From positions 96,001 to 160,000 of the forward strand of contig JBKAGE010000037.1 in the NCBI GenBank assembly GCA_046290225.1: a stretch of DNA of 64,000 nt, in the 5' to 3' direction. Positions 56,824 to 64,000 of the stretch are shown here, in pieces (position 1 is the stretch's first letter; every line of letters starts with the position of its first letter). The DNA comes from Bradymonadia bacterium. Its GTDB lineage: Bacteria > Myxococcota_A > Bradymonadia > UBA7976 > UBA1532. The notes under the pieces were generated by a model. That model ran no database searches and was not told the DNA's origin. It saw only the letters and a program-made list of their open reading frames with translations. The position numbers and the translations under genes were made by a program.

Positions 56824-57902
56824 CGGGTCTCCGTCGGGCAGGGGGGCACCGCCGAGGGCAACATGCGGCCTTCTTCGACGATGTGGCTCATGGGCTCACC
56901 GGGATCGTGGCCATGACGGGGCCACTCTTCGATGCCGTACACATAGCGCAGCTCGACGTTGATGGGCTCGTCGGGGCGCCCCTTGATCTTGGACTCGTTG
57001 AAGTCGAAGCGACGCAGCTTGCCCGGGGGCAGGGTCGAGTCCCAGGTGGTGCGCTTGCCCCCTTTGGGATCAACCTCGAAGCGGCGACCCACGAAGACCT
57101 CGAACATCGCCTCGGGCGCCGTGGAGCGCCACACTCGGGCGTTCATGTGACGGTGCACGTCTCCCGTGGGCACATTGTGGCCTGCACCGACGTTGTGCAC
57201 CCCGACTCTCAAACGCCCCGGCGCTGGCCGGCAGAAGACCAGCTCGAGAGCCTTGTCGAGCATGGCCGGGCTGTGTGCTCCGGGGTAGAGATGCTGGGCA
57301 GGGGTGGCGCTGTGACAGGTGCGGCAGCCATCGGCGCTCTGGGCATGTGGCCCCGCTTGGAACTGCGTCAGCGTGCGCTGCATGGGGTGCTCGGTGAAGC
57401 TCAACGCCTCACCCTTGTCCCCGAAAATCGGGAAGTTGAACTGATGACAGCCCCCACAGAAGTCGGGGTTGCCGAAGTTCGGGTCCACCTGCGTCTCGTG
57501 GATGGATCCTGGACGCTGGCGACGTGCGGTCATGCGGCCAGCGCGTACGTGACAGGCCACACAGGTGATCCCCTCGTCGGCCAGCTCACCGCCGCCGGCG
57601 TTCACCTGAGCCACCTGCTCCATGAGCGGCGCGTGGCAGTTCACACACCAGGCTCGGGGCTGTTGCTGATACTCGAGTTGGAAGATGCCGTTGGTCCACG
57701 ACAGGTGATGTCGGCTGCGAGACCACTCGTCGTAGATCTCTTCGTGGCAGGTGCGGCACTCAGCGGCGCGAAAAGCCGAGATCCCACCCTGCGCGGCGGT
57801 GATGCCCGTATCGATGGGGGTGACGCCTTTGGAGAAGAACCCCGCAGAGGGCCCCCCGGGGCTCGGGGCCATCAGGACCCACACCAGCATCCACACGTGC
57901 AT
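56820..57902 (-). CDS. Multiheme c-type cytochrome (c554-like)
   Basis: Five CxxCH motifs (CRTCH, CVNCH, CVACH, CGGCH, CRTCH) and GAGHNVPTG. ATGA overlap with the downstream gene. Confidence 0.88.
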   Translation of the reverse strand: MHVWMLVWVLMAPSPGGPSAGFFSKGVTPIDTGITAAQGGISAFRAAECRTCHEEIYDEWSRSRHHLSWTNGIFQLEYQQQPRAWCVNCHAPLMEQVAQVNAGGGELADEGITCVACHVRAGRMTARRQRPGSIHETQVDPNFGNPDFCGGCHQFNFPIFGDKGEALSFTEHPMQRTLTQFQAGPHAQSADGCRTCHSATPAQHLYPGAHSPAMLDKALELVFCRPAPGRLRVGVHNVGAGHNVPTGDVHRHMNARVWRSTAPEAMFEVFVGRRFEVDPKGGKRTTWDSTLPPGKLRRFDFNESKIKGRPDEPINVELRYVYGIEEWPRHGHDPGEPMSHIVEEGRMLPSAVPPCPTETR

Positions 57903-57929
57903 GTGACCTCAATGCAGCCTCTGTCGATC

Positions 57930-59369
57930 TCAGCGATCGACCACCGGTGCATAGAACGACAAACCGCGGGTGTTTTCATCCACCTTGAGCGGATGATGCA
58001 GCGGCGGGATCGCCCGCTGCGTGCAGTCGACGCGCTCGCAGAGGCGGCAGGTGACCCCGATGGGCACCGCGGCCTCGGTGTTGTCGAGATCCACGCCGTC
58101 GGCGTAGACCAGCTCCCGGGCGTAGCTCACGTCGCAACCCAGGCCCACGGCCTGCATGTTGTGGGTGCCGTGGTAGCCGATGTGGCCCCGAGAGACCGTA
58201 CGGGCCACGCAGAAGTAGCTGGTGCCGTCGGGCATGCGCGACAGCTGCACCCTCACCTGCCCCGGCAGCTGGAAGGCGGCGTGCACGTTCCACTTGGGAC
58301 ACGCCCCGGAGAAGCGGGCGAAGCGGATGCCCGAGCCGCTGAAGCGCTTGGAGATGTTGCCGGCGATGTCCACTCGGATCATGTGGAAGGGCACGCCCTC
58401 GAGGCCCGGACGCCGGAGCGTAGTGAGCCGGTGGCAGATCTGCTCGAAGCTGCTGTTGAAGCGATGCCCCAGGATCTCCACGTCGTAGCGCACCGCCTTT
58501 GCGGCCTCGTGGAATCGCTCGTAGGGCATGATCACCGCCCCGGCGAAGTAGTTCGACAGGGCCACTCGAGCCAGCTTGCGGGACTCGTCACTCGACAGCC
58601 GGGCCTCGTCCACGACGAGGTTGAGGGTGTCGGAGGCCACCAGCAGCCCGATTTGGTGGGCCACCTGGAAGTTCCTGCTGTTGGGGGTGAGGGCCTCCGA
58701 CAGGTAGAGCCGCTTCTGGGTCTCGTCGAAGCGACGCATGACCCCGCGGCTGTCGCTCACGGAGATCACCCGCACCTCGATGCCGTGACGGCGCTCGAGG
58801 TAGTCGGTCATGCTCCGGTAGATGTCGTTCGGATCGAGACGGGCATCGCGCCACAAGCGTTCTGCTGCGTCTTCCAAGGCGGGGAAGTGGTTCGTGTGCC
58901 GCTGCAGCAGCTCGTGCACCTCTTCCGAAGGGATCCGATCCCGATCGAGGCCGTTCGGCGGCTCGTCGCCGTCGGCCACCCGAGCGGCCAGCGTGTCGGC
59001 GGCCTCACGTACCCCGCGGTAGGCCTCGTAGAGGCGGACCACCGCCCGGGCCACCTGAGGCGTCGTAGCGGCGAACTCCCGCAGATCGCTCGCCTTGAGG
59101 TCGTGATCGTCGAACAGGCCGTCGGCGAAGACCTCAAGCAGCTCCGAGACCAACCGGGCCTCGTCATCGGCAGCGAAGCTCTGCAAATCGAGGTTGAACA
59201 GCGTGGCCAGCTTGATGAGCAGCGGGGCCGTGAGGGGCCGCCGGTTGTGCTCAATCAGGTTCAAATAGCTGGCAGAGATGCCCATCTTCTCCGCCAGCTG
59301 CACCTGTGTCAGGCCCTCGCGACGTCGCAGGGTCCGTACTTTGGCGCCGAGCCTCGGTGAATCACTCAT
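57930..59369 (-). CDS. ramB: XRE-family short-chain fatty acyl-CoA regulator (RamB/ScfR-like)
   Basis: HTH LTQVQLAEKMGISASYLNLIEHNRRP, NYFAGAVIMPY, FEQICHRLTTLRRPG, RVDIAGNISKR, CRLCERVDCTQRA.PP. Divergent from aceBA. Confidence 0.9.
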   Translation of the reverse strand: MSDSPRLGAKVRTLRRREGLTQVQLAEKMGISASYLNLIEHNRRPLTAPLLIKLATLFNLDLQSFAADDEARLVSELLEVFADGLFDDHDLKASDLREFAATTPQVARAVVRLYEAYRGVREAADTLAARVADGDEPPNGLDRDRIPSEEVHELLQRHTNHFPALEDAAERLWRDARLDPNDIYRSMTDYLERRHGIEVRVISVSDSRGVMRRFDETQKRLYLSEALTPNSRNFQVAHQIGLLVASDTLNLVVDEARLSSDESRKLARVALSNYFAGAVIMPYERFHEAAKAVRYDVEILGHRFNSSFEQICHRLTTLRRPGLEGVPFHMIRVDIAGNISKRFSGSGIRFARFSGACPKWNVHAAFQLPGQVRVQLSRMPDGTSYFCVARTVSRGHIGYHGTHNMQAVGLGCDVSYARELVYADGVDLDNTEAAVPIGVTCRLCERVDCTQRAIPPLHHPLKVDENTRGLSFYAPVVDR

Positions 59370-59695
59370 CTCACTCTCGCTTCCTGAGCCGACTTGTCCG
59401 TGCATCCGTCGGGCCCCCAATGGACCCTCATGACCCGCTCGTCGAATGCCGTCGGCTCATCCAGTGTGACACGGGTATTTCAGCCAGATTTTTGTACTGA
59501 TGACAATTGACAACTTTTCAATAAGGTCATTTACAACCATTTACAGACTATCATTACCCTCACACGTCTTGTATTGACTTGGCCTTGGCGCTTAGTAAAC
59601 ATTTGACTCACATCTTTCACTGAGTGACGAGCCTGTGCATTGTATGACACCCAAAACGGTGCTGCACCCTCGCATCTCTCCTGGAGACACAGTCG

Positions 59696-61294
59696 ATGAC
59701 CGCACCTGCCGGCGTACAGATTCTCGGGCCCATGGGCCCCGGCTACGACGAGATCCTGACCTCCGAAGCCTTGGCCTTCGTGGCCGAGCTGGCCCGCACC
59801 TTCGGCGGCCGGGTCACCGAGCTGCTCGTCCGTCGCGATGAGGTGAAGGCCCGCTACGACGCCGGTGAGAACCCCGACTTCCTCCCTGAGACCGCCAGTG
59901 TGCGGGCCGGAGACTGGAAGGTGGCCCCGCTGCCTGCCGATCTTCAGGATCGGCGGGTCGAGATCACCGGCCCCGTCGACCGGAAGATGATCATCAACGC
60001 CCTCAACAGCGGCGCCAACATGTTCATGGCCGACTGTGAAGACTCGAACGCCCCCACCTGGGCCAACTGCGTCGAGGGGCAGATCAACCTGCGCGATGCC
60101 GTGGCGGGTACGATCCGCTTCGAAGACGCCCGTCGCGGCAAGGTCTACACCCTCAAGCCCAAAGAGGAGCGGGCGACTCTGCTGGTCCGCCCCCGTGGCT
60201 GGCACCTGCAAGAGAAACACTGCCTCGTCGATGGCGCCCCCTGCCCCGCAGGGATCTTTGACTTCGGCATGTACTTCTTCCACAACGTGCGCCCCTTGCT
60301 GGCGAACGGCACGGGCCCCTACTTCTACCTGCCCAAGCTGCAGAGCCACCTCGAGGCCCGCCTCTGGAACGACATCTTCGTGCACGCTCAGCGGGCCCTC
60401 GACGTGCCCAACGGCACCATCAAGGCCACGGTGCTCATCGAGACCCTGCACGCCAGCTTCGAGATGGACGAGATCCTCTACGAGCTTCGGGATCACTCCG
60501 CGGGCCTCAACTGCGGCCGCTGGGATTACATCTTCAGCTACATCAAGACCTTCGCCCGTCGCCCCGACTTCGTGATCCCCGATCGCGGCCAGGTGGGCAT
60601 GGCCCAGCCCTTCATGCGGGCCTACGCCCTGAAGGTGATCCAGACCTGCCACAAGCGCGGGGTGCACGCCATGGGCGGCATGGCGGCGCAGATCCCCATC
60701 AAGACCGATCCGGCGGCGAACGAAGCGGCCCTGGCGAAGGTCCGGGCCGACAAGGAGCGCGAGGCCACCGACGGCCACGACGGCACCTGGGTGGCCCACC
60801 CGGGTCTGGTGGCGGTGGCCCGGGAGATCTTCGACGCGAAGATGCCCAACCCCAACCAGATCGACAACGCCCGGGCCGACGTGAGCGTCTCCGCGGCGGA
60901 CCTCATCGAGGTGCCCACGGGCACCCGCACCGAGGCGGGCCTGCGGCAGAACATCAAGGTGGGCATTCAGTACATCGAGGCCTGGCTGCGGGGCTCGGGC
61001 TGTGTGCCCCTCTACAACCTGATGGAAGACGCCGCCACGGCGGAGATCTCCCGCACGCAGGTCTGGCAGCAACTGTTCCACAAGGTCGACGTCGAGGGTG
61101 AGGTGCTCACCGTCGATCGCTTCAAGGCCGCCGTCGTCGAGGAGATGGCGAGCATCAAGGCAGAGGTCGGGCCCGAGCGCTTCGAGACCGGCAAGTACGC
61201 TGAGGCGAGGGCCCTCTTCGAGGATCTCTGCACCGCCGACGAGCTGGTGGAGTTCCTCACCCTGCCCGCTTACGAGCAAATCACGACCCTCTGA
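59696..61294 (+). CDS. aceB: Malate synthase A
   Basis: DRRVEITGPVDRKMIINALNSGA, VRPRGWHL, GLNCGRWDYIFS, GHDGTWVAHP, LMEDAATAEISR, FLTLPAY. Confidence 0.97.
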   Translation: MTAPAGVQILGPMGPGYDEILTSEALAFVAELARTFGGRVTELLVRRDEVKARYDAGENPDFLPETASVRAGDWKVAPLPADLQDRRVEITGPVDRKMIINALNSGANMFMADCEDSNAPTWANCVEGQINLRDAVAGTIRFEDARRGKVYTLKPKEERATLLVRPRGWHLQEKHCLVDGAPCPAGIFDFGMYFFHNVRPLLANGTGPYFYLPKLQSHLEARLWNDIFVHAQRALDVPNGTIKATVLIETLHASFEMDEILYELRDHSAGLNCGRWDYIFSYIKTFARRPDFVIPDRGQVGMAQPFMRAYALKVIQTCHKRGVHAMGGMAAQIPIKTDPAANEAALAKVRADKEREATDGHDGTWVAHPGLVAVAREIFDAKMPNPNQIDNARADVSVSAADLIEVPTGTRTEAGLRQNIKVGIQYIEAWLRGSGCVPLYNLMEDAATAEISRTQVWQQLFHKVDVEGEVLTVDRFKAAVVEEMASIKAEVGPERFETGKYAEARALFEDLCTADELVEFLTLPAYEQITTL

Positions 61295-61412
61295 CGGCCT
61301 GCGCCCTGAGAGGCCTGGTCAGTCGATACACATTTTTTGAACCCATCTGTCTCCGGCACACCGGAGCCCATGAGCCTGCGCACGGTGCCAGGCGTCGAGA
61401 GAGGAGCCCCCA

Positions 61413-62675
<1,263 letters not shown>

Positions 62676-62680
62676 GCTCC

Positions 62681-62736
62681 GGCGCTGCGGCGGCGCCAGC
62701 CGCTCTCTGCTCTGGCGCTGCGGCGGCGCCAGCCGC
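62681..62736. repeat. Two copies of a 23-bp palindromic repeat GGCGCTGCGGCGGCGCCAGCCGC (REP-like)
   Basis: Copies at 62681-62703 and 62714-62736, directly after the aceA stop. Each can form a GC hairpin. Confidence 0.8.
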
Positions 62737-62990
62737 CGTGACGCCGGCGATCTCCCGCCCAGCTCCGACCTTTCCGTCCTCGAGGTAGCGCAGCTACCTC
62801 TGCGGGTGAAAGCCCGCATCTGAACGAGACCTCACCGACCTCACGACGACTTTCGCCACCTCCGCGCCTCCGCGGGGCTCGTGCATACCTGGGTTATGGC
62901 TTTGTGGTGGTTTATTCGAGCCAGAGACCCTGCAGTATCCAGGGATTGGTCTCGGAGAGCTGAGCACCTCTGAGATCGGCTCTCCAGGGA

Positions 62991-63824
62991 TCAGCGCTCG
63001 AGCAACGCCTGGGCGTGATGGATCACGTGCTCGCCGGCGAAAGTGGCGATGAAGTAGTAGCTGTGATCATAGCCCTCGTGCAGGCGCAGGTTCAGTGGGT
63101 GACCCGCAGCCTGACAGGCCTCGGCGAAGCGCTGGGGCTGGAGCTGCTCGTCCAGGAAACCGTCCGCCAACCCCTGATCGATGAGGATGGGCAGCCGCTC
63201 TTCTGCGTGGGCCACCAGATCGGTGGCGTCGTATGCCTTCCAGCGCTCGCGGTCGTCACCGAGGTATTGCGTGAAGGCCTTACGGCCCCAATGCACCTGG
63301 GAGGGGGCCACGATGGGGGCAAAAGCCGACACGCTCGTGTAGCGCCCCGGGTTGCGCAGCGCCAACACCAGGGCGCCGTGGCCACCCATGCTGTGGCCGG
63401 TGATGCCCTCACGGTCAGAGACGGGGAAATGGGCCCGAACCAGCGCCGGCAGCTCCTCCAAGACGTAGTCGTACATCTTGTAGTGCGTCGACCAGGGCGC
63501 TTGGGTGGCGTTGAGGTAAAAACCTGCCCCCTGGCCCAGATCCCAGGCCTCGTCGTCGGGCACCTGCTCACCTCGGGGTGAGGTGTCTGGCGTGAGCATG
63601 ACGACACCATAGGTTGAGCACTCCTGCTGGAATCCCCCCTTGGTGATGACGTTCTGCTCCGTGCAGGTGAGGCCGCTCAGATATGTGAGCATCGGGCGAG
63701 GGCCCTTGGCCACCTGTTGAGGCAAGTAGATGCCGAACTTCATCGGCACACCCAGCGTCTCCGAGTCGTGCTGCCAGACCTCCTGGCGCCCACCGAAGCT
63801 CGCGGTAGAAGACAAACGCTTCAT
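62991..63824 (-). CDS. fghA: S-formylglutathione hydrolase
   Basis: YLSGLTCTEQN, PDTSPRG, GQGAGFYLNAT, GHSMGGHGAL, GYDHSYYFI. ATG 63824 is preceded by GAGG. Confidence 0.96.
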   Translation of the reverse strand: MKRLSSTASFGGRQEVWQHDSETLGVPMKFGIYLPQQVAKGPRPMLTYLSGLTCTEQNVITKGGFQQECSTYGVVMLTPDTSPRGEQVPDDEAWDLGQGAGFYLNATQAPWSTHYKMYDYVLEELPALVRAHFPVSDREGITGHSMGGHGALVLALRNPGRYTSVSAFAPIVAPSQVHWGRKAFTQYLGDDRERWKAYDATDLVAHAEERLPILIDQGLADGFLDEQLQPQRFAEACQAAGHPLNLRLHEGYDHSYYFIATFAGEHVIHHAQALLER

Positions 63825-63831
63825 GCTCACC

Positions 63832-64000
63832 TCAGAAGTGGATCACAGTGCGAATGGACTCGCCTGCGTGCATCAAGTCGAAGGCCTCGTTGATCTGCTC
63901 CAAGGGCAGCGTGTGAGTAATGAAGGGGTCGAGCTGGATCTCACCGTTCATGGCCTGGTCCACCATGCCCGGCAGCTCGGTGCGGCCCTTCACCCCACCG
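63832..64000 (-). CDS. frmA: S-(hydroxymethyl)glutathione dehydrogenase / class III alcohol dehydrogenase, C-terminal fragment (runs off the window)
   Basis: Manual translation: [55 protein letters not shown]. Confidence 0.93.
   Translation of the reverse strand, partial: GGVKGRTELPGMVDQAMNGEIQLDPFITHTLPLEQINEAFDLMHAGESIRTVIHF

Noticed and set aside
62795..62830. TGCGGGTGAAAGCCCGCA as group II intron domain V
   Set aside because: It lacks the flanking GAGCCG...CGGTT catalytic stem, and no reverse transcriptase is nearby.

Overview
GC-rich bacterial chromosomal window. The gene content (Cys/Asp-rich lipoproteins with PD(A/M) linkers, TPR-PEGA, HEAT-repeat proteins) suggests Myxococcota/Bradymonadia-like deltaproteobacteria; this is inference. 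I found no rRNA, tRNA, CRISPR array, transposase or integrase. From left to right: an array of four paralogous Cys/Asp-repeat lipoproteins interrupted by a TPR-PEGA gene (1-10205); hflKC; a small ORF behind a sigma54 motif and a Zn-ribbon-PAS protein; an aryl-CoA ligase; slt-recN; a ~10 kb divergent signalling locus (20936-30993); a HEAT-repeat/CsoR cluster; an OM beta-barrel; DUF1800/DUF1501; icd; an FG-GAP lipoprotein; dsbD; a GMC oxidoreductase pair; cydAB; a LysM lipoprotein; an L,D-transpeptidase-DdpX fusion with a pentaheme cytochrome; a RamB-like regulator with aceB-aceA; and fghA/frmA. The best candidate for an undescribed system is the signalling locus. It holds a TonB-dependent receptor, three periplasmic binding proteins, a membrane-bound CheA-like kinase without a CheW domain, a CheY, and a soluble MCP-like protein with CheZ-like motifs. 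Also notable is a 284-bp inverted-repeat element that exactly fills the gap between two convergent stop codons (49566-49849). All calls come from manual motif reading; no database searches were run.
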